This document shows positions 19,657-30,063 of a DNA stretch of 64,000 bases, piece after piece (the stretch's first letter is position 1; every line of letters begins with the position of its first letter). This DNA is from Escherichia phage vB_EcoM_G2248. The stretch lies in the sequence record MK327932.1. One strand, written 5' to 3'. The notes beneath the pieces are model-generated. The model did no database searches, was not told where the DNA came from, and saw only the letters and a program-made list of their open reading frames with translations. The position numbers and the translations under genes were made by a program.

Positions 19657-20235
19657 TTACCACCTTTCTATAATCTTTTTAAGTCGTTTCCTTTCTGTCT
19701 GATTCTTAGTAACACCCGCCAAAAGTTCATCGGTCGCATACGGTTTAATGTGCTTCAATAACTTGTCCATATATCCCTTTTCATTAGCCAAATCGAGATA
19801 AAACCGGGCGTCATCCATATTTACACAATATGCTTTCGCCACTGCCATTAAAACCAATTTTTGGTCCAATTCTTCTGTTAGTTTAGCCCATTTACCGTAT
19901 CGTTTCCCCTTAGAAATACTCTGTAAGAGATAATCAAAATGCATTTGATCTGGGAGGCCATGACCGATTAAATTCATCACATACGCGCTATATAGACAAT
20001 CTGCGTGCTGGGAAAGAGCGGTGTTAATCCATCTCTGGTTATATGCAGAATTGTTTCCCACATTAACGCGCTGTTTATCTAAGGTGATATGATCCATCAG
20101 AGCAAATAATGCATTGTCGGTTTTCTCGGTGAATGTGTCCGCTAGTTCAGACACTTTTTCCCAATCACGAGAGCGCCATGCAATTTCATGCTCGTTTAAT
20201 TGTGTATCATCTTCACCGAAAAATTGACCTAACAT
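19657..20235 (-). CDS. 62: clamp loader small subunit gp62
   Basis: 192 aa; position and KGKRYGKWAKL block. Confidence 0.85.
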   Translation of the reverse strand: MLGQFFGEDDTQLNEHEIAWRSRDWEKVSELADTFTEKTDNALFALMDHITLDKQRVNVGNNSAYNQRWINTALSQHADCLYSAYVMNLIGHGLPDQMHFDYLLQSISKGKRYGKWAKLTEELDQKLVLMAVAKAYCVNMDDARFYLDLANEKGYMDKLLKHIKPYATDELLAGVTKNQTERKRLKKIIERW

Positions 20236-21224
20236 TATACAAACTCCAATTCAACCATTAATTGCATTAACAAAAAGACAATGTGAATCTCTTTATCAGC
20301 CGCGTGCGCAAACATCTGATTATTTTCACCGATAATCTCGGTCAGACGGATAATCGACGCTGGCTTAACTTGAGTATACAACTCATTATAAAGTTTCTTG
20401 ACAAATTGAGCGTATGTATTGGTATATCGCGGTGCAAGTTTACGCACATTAGCAAACTGTTTAGTTTTCAGTGCTTCCACCACATCGGTTACTTCGGTAT
20501 TGCTACTTTCGATAACCATACTCAATACGCCAGCATCAATTTTACCATGTTTAGCGTAGCGGTCCAAAAGTTTCATTACGCGCCGGAAGTCTGGGAAGTT
20601 CTGCTTAACCAGTTCCGCTAATACGCGCATTTCTTCGACTGGCACACCTTCTTTATCAAGAATTGCTTTACACCGGACGATCATTTCTTTCATCATGCGA
20701 AGCTGATCATCTTTAGTCGGAGATCCAAACGTGATGGGATCAAAACGAGAACGTAACGCTGGGATAATACCTTCTAGATCGTTTGCTGTGATAATGAATG
20801 TCACGTTGTTTGAGTATGCCTCAGAGAAACTACGCAAGTGTCTTTGAGCGTCAGCCAACCCAGCTCGGTCATACTCATCGATAATAACAACTTTGCCTTT
20901 TTCTCGTTTTTCTTCATCGAGTGATACACTCTGCGCAAAGCGTGTAATCTCATCGCGGATAAAATCAATCTTACAATCTGCGCCGTTAACAAACAGATAA
21001 TCAACACCCACATCTTCGCAAAGCGCCTTAGCAACGGTTGTTTTACCAGTACCCGGCGATGGGCTATGCAGGATCATAGAAGGGATTCGGCCTTGCTTAA
21101 CAATCTGCGCGAAGATCTTTTTATCTGCTTCCGGCAGAATACATTCAGAAATTGATTTCGGACGGTATTTCTGTTCCCACTGAAACTCATTTTCATTAAC
21201 ACTCAGCATATAATCACCTCTCAC
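20235..21224 (-). CDS. 44: clamp loader ATPase gp44
   Basis: 329 aa AAA+; Walker A PSPGTGKTT. Confidence 0.9.
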   Translation of the reverse strand: MRGDYMLSVNENEFQWEQKYRPKSISECILPEADKKIFAQIVKQGRIPSMILHSPSPGTGKTTVAKALCEDVGVDYLFVNGADCKIDFIRDEITRFAQSVSLDEEKREKGKVVIIDEYDRAGLADAQRHLRSFSEAYSNNVTFIITANDLEGIIPALRSRFDPITFGSPTKDDQLRMMKEMIVRCKAILDKEGVPVEEMRVLAELVKQNFPDFRRVMKLLDRYAKHGKIDAGVLSMVIESSNTEVTDVVEALKTKQFANVRKLAPRYTNTYAQFVKKLYNELYTQVKPASIIRLTEIIGENNQMFAHAADKEIHIVFLLMQLMVELEFV

Positions 21225-21274
21225 AAATTACATCATTAAAACGGGGAGTATTTACACTCCCCACAAACATTATA

Positions 21275-21964
21275 TTAGTCGGTGTAGCTGGAGTCAAGGT
21301 CACACGCGATCATATAAGATACGGTTTCACTTGCCAGCCATACAGCCTTACGGCGAGTGAAGCTCAGTTTGTAATCGCCGAAGTCAGTAGCAACCAGTTT
21401 CATGTTATCTTTACGAATAAAGAAATGGAAGTCTGCGGTTCCGGTATATTCGCCCATATCAAGACAAAACATCTCATTAGGATTATTTTTGTCAATCTCT
21501 TCCCAACCTTTGATCATCAGACGACCATCAATCGGAAGAAATTCAAGGCGATCCACTTTAAGCTGATTGCTCATTTTCATAAGCTGTTTCAGATCGTCGT
21601 TGCTCAGTTCGTAATCTACATCGCTTGCGGGTGGAGTAACTCGGCCTTTCGGTGATACGATAGCAGCAGCACTAGCACCAGGGTAATTAATTTTCAGACG
21701 ATCATTAGACACACGAATGTTACCAGTGCGGTCATCAACCGTAATATCTGCTTCATCGCCTACCAGATTCAGAATACCCAGGAAAGAGTTAAGGTCATAG
21801 ATCCCGATTTCGTGTTCCAGTTCTTGATTCAGAGTCGCTTCACCATATACAACGTTTGTCATGTTTTTGGTGATCAGGACGTTTCCTTTTTTCAGGATGA
21901 TACCTGGGTTAATAGCGGAAAAGTTTTTCAGGGTAGCAATGGTTTCTTTAGTCAGTTTCATCAA
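21275..21964 (-). CDS. 45: sliding clamp gp45
   Basis: 229 aa; collinear with T4 gp45. Confidence 0.9.
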   Translation of the reverse strand: MMKLTKETIATLKNFSAINPGIILKKGNVLITKNMTNVVYGEATLNQELEHEIGIYDLNSFLGILNLVGDEADITVDDRTGNIRVSNDRLKINYPGASAAAIVSPKGRVTPPASDVDYELSNDDLKQLMKMSNQLKVDRLEFLPIDGRLMIKGWEEIDKNNPNEMFCLDMGEYTGTADFHFFIRKDNMKLVATDFGDYKLSFTRRKAVWLASETVSYMIACDLDSSYTD

Positions 21965-21991
21965 ATCACCTTTATCATGTTAATCAATTAA

Positions 21992-22390
21992 TTATGGGTT
22001 TACTGCGTGTTCGTTACGAATCTTGAGCATTTTGTTTTGGAAGTTTTCCGCAGCTTGCTCATCAATAGCATGAGTATACTTAAATCCAATGTATGCTGTC
22101 AAGTATTGTTGCAGAGCATAGACAGTAACAGGATTCTTTGCGGTCTTCTTGCCTTCGAGATATATCAGATCACCACGAACATCAAACGCAAGTTTACGAC
22201 GAATCACATTATCAACAAACTCATCAACAACAAAATGCCAAATGTTGCTATCGGTTCCAATATCAAAATTAACCACACATCCTCGTTTGACATAATCAAA
22301 CGGTATCGGGAATAGTTTATAGTCAAGTTCGATAAACATTAATTGTTCTTTTAGGCTCATACGTTTCATTCTATCACTTCCCATCAGCAA
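21992..22390 (-). CDS. hypothetical protein at the rpbA position
   Basis: 132 aa; synteny only (45-rpbA-45.x-46). Confidence 0.45.
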   Translation of the reverse strand: MLMGSDRMKRMSLKEQLMFIELDYKLFPIPFDYVKRGCVVNFDIGTDSNIWHFVVDEFVDNVIRRKLAFDVRGDLIYLEGKKTAKNPVTVYALQQYLTAYIGFKYTHAIDEQAAENFQNKMLKIRNEHAVNP

Positions 22391-22766
22391 TTGCGATCAG
22401 ACGAGTTACTACTACGCCAGCGGCTTCAATCAGCAGTTCATCAGTGTCAATCTGATAACCCTTTTCGAGAATATCTTTACCTCGAATAGTTTTAGCGCCT
22501 TTAGCAATTGAATCATCGTAATACTTGCGCATTGCAGCGATCCATTCTTTTTGCACCATATCATCAATATGCGCGTACAGTTCAAAGCGTGCTTGCTGCG
22601 GGATAACCTTCATTTTAGCTTTCTCGCTTTCTGGCATTTGTAGTACCCACGCTTTACGGATCTTGTTCATTGCTCGGTCAAATTCGAGACTGGTTTTCTT
22701 GTTCTGAATGTCTGCTACAGTAATTTTAGCCAGGTTTGCGGAAGTAGTCATAATATTAATCTCCAA
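22374..22766 (-). CDS. hypothetical protein (45.x position)
   Basis: 130-aa ORF. Confidence 0.45.
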   Translation of the reverse strand: MEINIMTTSANLAKITVADIQNKKTSLEFDRAMNKIRKAWVLQMPESEKAKMKVIPQQARFELYAHIDDMVQKEWIAAMRKYYDDSIAKGAKTIRGKDILEKGYQIDTDELLIEAAGVVVTRLIAIADGK

Positions 22767-22781
22767 AATAAAATCAGTATA

Positions 22782-23012
22782 TCACGTTCTAAAGTTTGTT
22801 GCAACCCCAGCATCAGGGTAATCAAGTTTATCAAAGTTGGGGACCAGCATAAACTCATGATGACGACAAGACAACATTTTTGTTATGTCTTCATCGCTGT
22901 ATATGCTGTTTTTCATATCCCACATACTAACTACATATTCTTCACCGGAATATAGATTGATTAATGTATACAATTCTAACTCCGGCTGCGTTACTCTGTC
23001 AAATGTTAACAT
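22782..23012 (-). CDS. hypothetical protein (45.x position)
   Basis: 76-aa ORF. Confidence 0.4.
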   Translation of the reverse strand: MLTFDRVTQPELELYTLINLYSGEEYVVSMWDMKNSIYSDEDITKMLSCRHHEFMLVPNFDKLDYPDAGVATNFRT

Positions 23013-24696
23013 TCATTTCAGTGAATCGCCCACGTTTAACCATCTTGAGATGACGGCTAAAATCATCAGGGTTATGGTCACGATGGCTGATAATATACAC
23101 GTTATCATCTAACTTGTCAATGATGGAATCAAGTGCTTTTACGCCTTGAACGTCCGTAGCCCCATCATAAATTTCGTCGAGTACCAACAAAGAAATGTTA
23201 GTACCAGATACTTTACCAGCAACATCACGCCATGTAAAGAGCATCGCAAGGTCAATACGTGCCTTTTCGCCTTGACTGAATGATGTATACGAAAACGATT
23301 CACGCCCCCGTGATTTGATTGTTTCGTTAAACTCTTCATCTAGCGTAAAGATATAATCCGCTTCCATGATATCAAGATAATATGCAATCCGATCATTGAA
23401 ATATGGAATATATTTCTTGACGATAGACGCCTTAACACCGGAATCCTTCAACATTTCTGTTACAAATCCACGATGATATTTTTCAAGAACTAGTTTTGAT
23501 TTTTCATTAGTGATCTCTACCAGTTCGTGTTCCAGTTTAGCAAGTTCTTCGGAATTGTCAACCCTTTCTTTTTGCAATTCCTGCATTGCTTTCTGGATCT
23601 GTTTAGCCCGACCTACAGATGCCGTTAAATTCGCTCTCTGTGACTCTATAGCGCGTTTAATTTCCAAGACCTTAGTTTGTGCTGTCTGGAAAGAATTTGC
23701 TTTCTCTGCGTATTCTACGCGTTTCTCGTCAATAAGAGACAGTTTATGTTCCGCTTGTGCTTTTTGTTCGCGTACAGCCTGATCATTACCCTGAATGATC
23801 GGTTGTGTGCACGTAGGACAGATCCCGCCTTTCTCGTGCATATGGATAACACGGTCAAAGTTCTGGATCTGCGCACCAATCTGTGCGATAGCCGTATTAA
23901 TTTTCGCCAATGCCGCGCTAGGATCTTCCGGCATAACAACAGCCAATAGCTCATCGGTCAAGCGCGTTTCTTCGGCTTTAAATGCTTTAGCCGATTCTAC
24001 CTCTTTATCATACATATTCTGTAAACGCTGGATATTCTCGGCACTCGCCTTGCTAGCGTCTTCTATGTACTTTTTATGAGTGTTGATTTGTTGCTGAACG
24101 TGATTAGCTTTCATTTCCTGCATTTGGATATTCTGGGTAATCTCGCGCACATACGCTTTATTCAGTTTATCCATTTCGCCTAGCGTAGCAATATCAAGCA
24201 AATCCTCGACCAGTTTACGGCGACCCGCTGCCGGAAGACTCATAAACGGAACATAACCAGCAGTGCCTAAAACAACGATCTGTTTAAAGCTGGCTAGGTT
24301 CATGCCTATGATACCTTCAAAATATTCCTGAAAGTCTTTGGTGCTTGCGCTCTCGTCGATCTTTTGACCGTCGCGATGCACTTCGAATACTTCCGGCTTT
24401 TGACCACGTTTGATATAAAACTCTTTCCCGTCCAGTTCAAACCAGACTTCGACTAACAGTTTCTTTTTGTTGACGCTGTTAATCAATTGGCCTTTCTTGA
24501 TACTACGAAACGGTTTACCAAACAGCACAAAGCAAAGCGCCTCGATCATTGTTGATTTACCAGCACCGTTAACACCAGTGATCAGTGTCTTTTTGAATCC
24601 GTCTAGCTGAATCTCTACAGGTTCAGCACCCACGCTCATTATATTTTGATAGCGCAAGGTTTTAAAATTTAACTTTGCCATTAATCCACTCCGCAA
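22999..24696 (-). CDS. 46: recombination endonuclease subunit gp46 (SbcC/Rad50-like)
   Basis: 565 aa; Walker A GVNGAGKST, central coiled coil, C-terminal signature/Walker B. Confidence 0.9.
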   Translation of the reverse strand: MRSGLMAKLNFKTLRYQNIMSVGAEPVEIQLDGFKKTLITGVNGAGKSTMIEALCFVLFGKPFRSIKKGQLINSVNKKKLLVEVWFELDGKEFYIKRGQKPEVFEVHRDGQKIDESASTKDFQEYFEGIIGMNLASFKQIVVLGTAGYVPFMSLPAAGRRKLVEDLLDIATLGEMDKLNKAYVREITQNIQMQEMKANHVQQQINTHKKYIEDASKASAENIQRLQNMYDKEVESAKAFKAEETRLTDELLAVVMPEDPSAALAKINTAIAQIGAQIQNFDRVIHMHEKGGICPTCTQPIIQGNDQAVREQKAQAEHKLSLIDEKRVEYAEKANSFQTAQTKVLEIKRAIESQRANLTASVGRAKQIQKAMQELQKERVDNSEELAKLEHELVEITNEKSKLVLEKYHRGFVTEMLKDSGVKASIVKKYIPYFNDRIAYYLDIMEADYIFTLDEEFNETIKSRGRESFSYTSFSQGEKARIDLAMLFTWRDVAGKVSGTNISLLVLDEIYDGATDVQGVKALDSIIDKLDDNVYIISHRDHNPDDFSRHLKMVKRGRFTEMNVNI

Positions 24697-24925
24697 TCAC
24701 ACATTCCATAATATTAAATGCTAACACATCTTCATCAATGTTGTAAACACTTGCCGCCTTCACTTTAACTAGTGTGTCTCTGCGATCTGGCAACATGATC
24801 ACATAATCCAGTGTCGCCGGATCATATGTCATAAAGGGATCAACATAAATCCCTTTATTCAATGCCAGATATTCGCGAAGACCTTCTATAACCCTGTGTC
24901 TAAGGTAGGTCATCGATAGAATCAT
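24662..24925 (-). CDS. hypothetical protein
   Basis: 87-aa ORF in the 47-46 interval. Confidence 0.45.
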   Translation of the reverse strand: MILSMTYLRHRVIEGLREYLALNKGIYVDPFMTYDPATLDYVIMLPDRRDTLVKVKAASVYNIDEDVLAFNIMECVIAEWINGKVKF

Positions 24926-25518
24926 TTTAGTTTATGTTCCTCTAAAAATTCTTCAATTTCACCTTGCAGGTCTTCCGCTTGTTGTTCCAGAATATCGCGA
25001 AATTCACCTACAGTCAAGCGGTAATCACATTTCACCAGTCGATGCGGGAGAATATACCCTTTATACATTGTCTCTGACGCTTCCAGGAATACCCCACTAT
25101 GCATGACAGAGATCCAACCTGTTAGCGTCAATGGAGTATTCGGAAAATAATACTTGCTGGATTGTTTCCACTGGACGAAAGCACTATATACAATCGGATT
25201 ATATTCACCAACCACACTCTTAATAATTGCTTCTACTTTGTCTTTTACAAAGTCGCCAATACCCACAGTCACCATCAATTCTTGTGGGTGAATCACTTTA
25301 AGGTAACGACGGTAGCCGTCATCATACCACAGCTTAACCACTGGCTGACCCCACATTTTAGCAATACGCGCTTTCAGATAACCATAAATCGGATTCTTGT
25401 AATATGATTGTTTTAGTGTGTATGCGTGCACTAATTCAATAAAATATTCCATTGCTATCGAATCAGGATCAGCCGCGACCATAGTCGTATTCATAATATG
25501 TTCCTCGTTCAATTTCAT
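24922..25518 (-). CDS. hypothetical protein
   Basis: 198-aa ORF; true start probably an internal ATG. Confidence 0.45.
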   Translation of the reverse strand: MKLNEEHIMNTTMVAADPDSIAMEYFIELVHAYTLKQSYYKNPIYGYLKARIAKMWGQPVVKLWYDDGYRRYLKVIHPQELMVTVGIGDFVKDKVEAIIKSVVGEYNPIVYSAFVQWKQSSKYYFPNTPLTLTGWISVMHSGVFLEASETMYKGYILPHRLVKCDYRLTVGEFRDILEQQAEDLQGEIEEFLEEHKLK

Positions 25519-25786
25519 ATTGTTTCAGGTCTTCTAACATTTCATCAATAGCTTGTTTCAGCATATGACGCAGCGTAAAGTAATAGCTTTCATCAAATTC
25601 TATTTCCGCGCGAGGAATAGAGCGAAACTTGCACTTAACGGTAGTATCGGTGAGTCGCTTTTCGACCATCATCCGAACTTCTTCATGCTCTTTGGAATAC
25701 CATACATCAACGGAGATCCCCTTGCGTCGAGCAAACATAGGCAATGCCGCATTAAATTCCATTACCTTTTGTGCAAGTGTTTTCAT
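25469..25786 (-). CDS. hypothetical protein
   Basis: 105-aa ORF. Confidence 0.45.
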   Translation of the reverse strand: MKTLAQKVMEFNAALPMFARRKGISVDVWYSKEHEEVRMMVEKRLTDTTVKCKFRSIPRAEIEFDESYYFTLRHMLKQAIDEMLEDLKQYEIERGTYYEYDYGRG

Positions 25787-26034
25787 CGTACAGACTCCAT
25801 AGATCCACGCGCAATAACATTCTGGGTAATATCAGCAACCTTACGGGATACAATGTTTGTTAGCCCCTCTTTGGTGATATGTTCACGATCAAATGGGATT
25901 TCGTCATGAGTCCACAAACCATAGTTAGACCGAAATGATAGCATATACTGACCATCTCGCACAACCTCAAATACATGGATCTTAGTGAATTTCGATAAAC
26001 CTTCGTTGATTTCTTTCAGTGCATTAGCAATCAT
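25783..26034 (-). CDS. hypothetical protein
   Basis: track start is TTG; ATG 12 nt in has GGAGG SD; promoter at 26060-26088. Confidence 0.45.
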   Translation of the reverse strand: MIANALKEINEGLSKFTKIHVFEVVRDGQYMLSFRSNYGLWTHDEIPFDREHITKEGLTNIVSRKVADITQNVIARGSMESVR

Positions 26035-26059
26035 AACAACCTCCAATCAATTTTTAGAG

Positions 26060-26088
26060 AGTATACCGGGGATTTCTCCCCGCGTCAA
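26060..26088 (-). promoter_or_regulatory. early promoter cassette with spacer palindrome
   Basis: TTGACG-CGGGGAGAAATCCCCGG-TATACT. Confidence 0.5.
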
Positions 26089-27114
26089 CTAACTTTTTGC
26101 GCTATTTACTTCGGCTAAAAGTTCATCAGAAATACGCTTGACCGCCGCAAGTTCTTCCGGTTCTAGGTTTTGTTCTTCCAGATATTCATAGACCATCTGA
26201 ATAGTGCTTTTAACTTCAATAACACCTGTTTCCTGTGATGCGCTACTCTCCAGTTTATGGACCACTTTTAGCTTGTGTACAACGGCCTCTAACGCGCTTT
26301 CTAACTTAGTTAACCCATTATCAGCAACCGTTGCGATAAGACGCACACTAAGCCCCTTAAAGCGTTCTACATCGATTTTATCATCTGACGGGTAAGTGAT
26401 ACGCACATGATAAGTTTTGTCATTCTGGATAAACTCTTTTTTGTGTGTATCGGTATCGAATACCCAAAACCCACGCGGATCGTTTTCGTCACCCGCCGTT
26501 AGTGTGTATGGTGTACCAATATACGTTACGTTACCGCCATCACTGATAGTATGAAAGTGACCCGAAAACACTTCACGGTATTTCTTGAGGAAGTCCGCGC
26601 TATAACCTTCGGATTTTAGCCCTTTATAGAAATAGTAACCGGACAATTCCCAATGGCCTACACAATATTCGCTGAATGAGTTTTGAATAAACTCTAAAAT
26701 CTCTGATTTATTGTCATCACAAAACCACGGGAACAGATCAAATGATACACCATCAAAGGTAACTGTTTCCGGTTTATCGATAACCTTAATGCAATCATAC
26801 TGGCTTAACACTTCACGCGGTGCGTTAGGCTGGATCTTGTTTCGTTTAAACATATCATGATTCCCGACCGTGGTATAACAAGTAATATCAGCCTCTTCCA
26901 GTAGCGGTATGACCTTAGTACGGTTAAATTTCATGGTTTCATGGGTAATTGCTTTTCGGCAATCAAACCAATCCCCTGTTTGAATCCATGTCTTAATATT
27001 ATGCTCTTTGGAGTATTCAACCGCTTTCTTGATGGTGTCAAGAATATACTCATGCACCCACGGATCATCGCCACCGATACCAGTATGCAGATCACCTAAA
27101 AGCAAAATTTTCAT
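26089..27114 (-). CDS. 47: recombination endonuclease subunit gp47 (Mre11/SbcD-like phosphoesterase)
   Basis: 341 aa; calcineurin-like motifs (MKILLLGDLH, GNHD). Confidence 0.9.
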   Translation of the reverse strand: MKILLLGDLHTGIGGDDPWVHEYILDTIKKAVEYSKEHNIKTWIQTGDWFDCRKAITHETMKFNRTKVIPLLEEADITCYTTVGNHDMFKRNKIQPNAPREVLSQYDCIKVIDKPETVTFDGVSFDLFPWFCDDNKSEILEFIQNSFSEYCVGHWELSGYYFYKGLKSEGYSADFLKKYREVFSGHFHTISDGGNVTYIGTPYTLTAGDENDPRGFWVFDTDTHKKEFIQNDKTYHVRITYPSDDKIDVERFKGLSVRLIATVADNGLTKLESALEAVVHKLKVVHKLESSASQETGVIEVKSTIQMVYEYLEEQNLEPEELAAVKRISDELLAEVNSAKS

Positions 27115-27205
27115 AGTCTCTTCCTCTCTTCGTTTTCGATGCTCTCACTATATCACAGAAAAATAAAAAGGGAAACCCCTTTCAGAGTCTCCCTTATAAA
27201 AGCCA

Positions 27206-27493
27206 TTACAGCATACTTAATACCGTTTGCCGTGTACTAATCCACATAGCAGAAAGCAGTTCTGGCGTGTGTGGCTGTTTGTAGATATCACGTAACTTTC
27301 CGATAGCGTAGATATACGCATCACGGTTATCATCGATGATAGCTTGTTCAGCCCACCGCTTAAGGCGTGCAATCTCTCGCGAGTTCTTACGCAAGATCTT
27401 TTCCGCTTTCTTAGCGGCTTTAGCCTCTAGTTCTGCTTGTACTTTGTCTACTTCATTCACTGCAATCTGGTCATGCTGTTCATTGCAAGTCAT
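27206..27493 (-). CDS. hypothetical protein
   Basis: 95-aa ORF between 47 and 55. Confidence 0.45.
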   Translation of the reverse strand: MTCNEQHDQIAVNEVDKVQAELEAKAAKKAEKILRKNSREIARLKRWAEQAIIDDNRDAYIYAIGKLRDIYKQPHTPELLSAMWISTRQTVLSML

Positions 27494-27494
27494 A

Positions 27495-27728
27495 TTATTT
27501 TACCTCTGGGATATAATCAATTATTAAAGAAAATTCATCTTCTGATACATTATAGCTATGTGAGATTGTACCCGTAAAGACCTCAAGATCCGGTGATTTG
27601 ATATTGCACGGATCGATAATCACCGGAACGCCGCAATCTCTCAAAAATAATTTGGCGAAATACGGCACAAGGTCAGTTTCAAACTCTGCTTCTTCCAGCA
27701 AACGGGAAATGTTAATTTTCAATCTCAT
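27495..27728 (-). CDS. hypothetical protein
   Basis: 77-aa ORF between 47 and 55. Confidence 0.4.
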   Translation of the reverse strand: MRLKINISRLLEEAEFETDLVPYFAKLFLRDCGVPVIIDPCNIKSPDLEVFTGTISHSYNVSEDEFSLIIDYIPEVK

Positions 27729-28245
27729 AAAATTGGTCCAGGCTAGGCAATTCCTCGGTCAATACATCTTCAACCTTTGGCGCTTTCGGTTTATTGACCG
27801 ATTCCTCGTAGTTGTTGATTTTATCGTAAATGTCCTGTATGAATGCCTCATCAGCAATCTGGCACATATCAGCGTCGCGTTCGTCATATACATGATGCAC
27901 AAAATATTTGTATTTTGCGGCTGTCGCTGTTCTCTCTTTTTTAATGCGCTGTACAAAAGCATTAAAGCACGCTTGCGTGATGTAAGCATGAGGATTTTTA
28001 TACTTTGTCTCGTCAAAATTAATCAAACCCTTGACCGCCGCTTCGATTCCGTCGTCGATCATTTCTTCGCGCCATGTTTGACTATAACCAGAAAAGTTAA
28101 AACGACGTGATAGATTTTTAGAGATTTGCATAATTGCTAGGCCGATTTGATCGCTCATTGGAACTTGCCGACCTTCTGCTGCAATTTGTTGTTTCCAACG
28201 GCAAATTTCTTCGTAAAGCTCTTTATTGTTTACATAATCAGACAC
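27712..28245 (-). CDS. 55: late-transcription sigma factor gp55
   Basis: 177 aa; long identical blocks to T4 gp55 ([33 protein letters not shown]). Confidence 0.9.
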   Translation of the reverse strand: MSDYVNNKELYEEICRWKQQIAAEGRQVPMSDQIGLAIMQISKNLSRRFNFSGYSQTWREEMIDDGIEAAVKGLINFDETKYKNPHAYITQACFNAFVQRIKKERTATAAKYKYFVHHVYDERDADMCQIADEAFIQDIYDKINNYEESVNKPKAPKVEDVLTEELPSLDQFYEIEN

Positions 28246-28285
28246 TTCGCACCCTCGCTATTATTTAGGAAATAACCCTTTCGGG

Positions 28286-29755
28286 CTATTCCCCATTGCC
28301 ATTATACTTTCTTTGCTTAGTTATCCACACTCTAACCATCTCTACAGATTCGCCGTCAGACGGATCAAGAGTTTTTCCTTTTTTCTTCATACGGTACTTA
28401 AATCCGTTAAATCTTGCATTCTCTTGCTCGTTAAAGTCGAACATCTTTTTAAATGATTTTCGCCCTTTACGCTCGCCACATTCTAGCGGAATCATTCGGT
28501 CTGTTATTACATTGGCATTAGGTAGAAACGTTTTTAGATAATCTACCAACGCCCAATCAGGAACATATAGATTAACATTCTCCTTGCTCTCGTTGTCTCT
28601 CAGGTTACAACGCAAACATAATTGAAATGCTGGTTCCAGATAATCAGACACATGACGCGCTTTCAAAAACTCGTTTGTCGGGAGATCGCAACTATTAGCA
28701 AGACCTTTTAAAATATCAATCTCCCATCGTTGAGGGTTAAAGCTGAACATCACAGCAACATTTTTATGATGAATGTAAGAGTTAAGACCATAAGATCCGT
28801 AAGGTATCCTCTCACCAATACCATTTGTGCACGCTTCACGGTCCCGATTCACGGTATAAATGAAGTCATCACCACATTCATTTTTAACCATATCAACAAG
28901 ACGTTCAAAGGTATTGTTTGTTTCTGACTGGTGACGCGACCATCGTTCAGAATCCGTCATAAGGATGATGTTAACTCTATCTGTATTTTTATACTCTTTG
29001 AAATATAGTCTGGATTCTAGCGCACTCGGAACAAAATCGCAATTTGCATAGTATCGTAGATACTTCCCACTATATGTATCAAAGAGATTTGCACATGCTA
29101 TCGTAACCTTTTTAAAGTCTCCCCACGTACCGTGTTTGTTATCGTTCAAGAAAACAATTTTCGACCCATTCTTCCGGTGTCCTTCGTTATGTTTTACCAT
29201 AACGTTGATTTTCTTCTCTAATAACGCCTCATAAAGCCCTCTAAGAGAAGAATCGATCATATCAGTACCATCCTTTGCACTTTCTATCTTTTCTTTGATA
29301 ACGGCCTTCTCAGAGTCTTTTAGAACTAAGTTCTGTAGGCATTCCGATTCGTCGGCGATTGGTTCGCAATGCTTCGTGATAAGTTCAAGATTAGACTTAA
29401 ACGGATACTCATTAAATTCAACCAGTTGAGGAACTTCATCAATGTAAAGAGCATATTCACCAAACATTTTTGAACGTTCCATATTAGATAACGCTGTATG
29501 TGTAATGAATATCACATCAGCACCATCTTTAACTGATTGCATTATCGACGCTTGCACTGTCTTAAGGCTTCTTAGTCTTGTGCTATCAATCAAGACAGCA
29601 CGACCGCCCATTCTTTTAAACTTATTGTAAGATTGTTCACTTAAAACACGAGATGGCGAAGCAATAACCGCTTTTTCTTTTGTCTCTAGGACGTGGGAAA
29701 GTATAGCATCAGTTTTCCCCGCCGCTGGCAATGCGATTAATGTTTCAATCTTCAT
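28286..29755 (-). CDS. helicase-like P-loop NTPase, function unknown
   Basis: 489 aa; Walker A-like LPAAGKTD, motif Ia-like ASPSRVLSEQ, Walker B YIDEVPQ; C-terminal ~300 aa without recognisable motifs. Confidence 0.55.
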   Translation of the reverse strand: MKIETLIALPAAGKTDAILSHVLETKEKAVIASPSRVLSEQSYNKFKRMGGRAVLIDSTRLRSLKTVQASIMQSVKDGADVIFITHTALSNMERSKMFGEYALYIDEVPQLVEFNEYPFKSNLELITKHCEPIADESECLQNLVLKDSEKAVIKEKIESAKDGTDMIDSSLRGLYEALLEKKINVMVKHNEGHRKNGSKIVFLNDNKHGTWGDFKKVTIACANLFDTYSGKYLRYYANCDFVPSALESRLYFKEYKNTDRVNIILMTDSERWSRHQSETNNTFERLVDMVKNECGDDFIYTVNRDREACTNGIGERIPYGSYGLNSYIHHKNVAVMFSFNPQRWEIDILKGLANSCDLPTNEFLKARHVSDYLEPAFQLCLRCNLRDNESKENVNLYVPDWALVDYLKTFLPNANVITDRMIPLECGERKGRKSFKKMFDFNEQENARFNGFKYRMKKKGKTLDPSDGESVEMVRVWITKQRKYNGNGE

Positions 29756-30042
29756 TAGAAACCCTTACGTCGTGCTTTCTGACATTTCTTGATCATTTTA
29801 TCAGAAATTTCGCGCTTAGGTGCAATCTCTTTCACACCGAAAGCACTAATGCCAAATTCAGAGAGAATATATTCAACCAACAATTCACGCACACGCGCTT
29901 TACCGATATTCACGCCGTTATTTTTCAGATATGTCTGACCTTCGACTTGCATCAGATCTAAATCTGCGTCTGTGATATTGATTTCTTCCATGCGCCCAAA
30001 TCGAGAATAAACCATGTGTGCGATTGCATTGTGTACTAACAT
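29755..30042 (-). CDS. hypothetical protein
   Basis: track start is TTG; ATG at 30040-30042 with GAGGAA SD (MLVHNAIAH...). Confidence 0.45.
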   Translation of the reverse strand: MLVHNAIAHMVYSRFGRMEEINITDADLDLMQVEGQTYLKNNGVNIGKARVRELLVEYILSEFGISAFGVKEIAPKREISDKMIKKCQKARRKGF

Positions 30043-30063
30043 AATATATTCCTCACTCAAGAA

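Noticed and set aside
27121-27205. Promoter cassette in the 47-55 intergenic region
   Set aside because: A CATCGAAAAC-like leader is present but no TTGACA-like -35 at proper spacing; the adjacent hairpin looks more like a terminator, so no promoter was called
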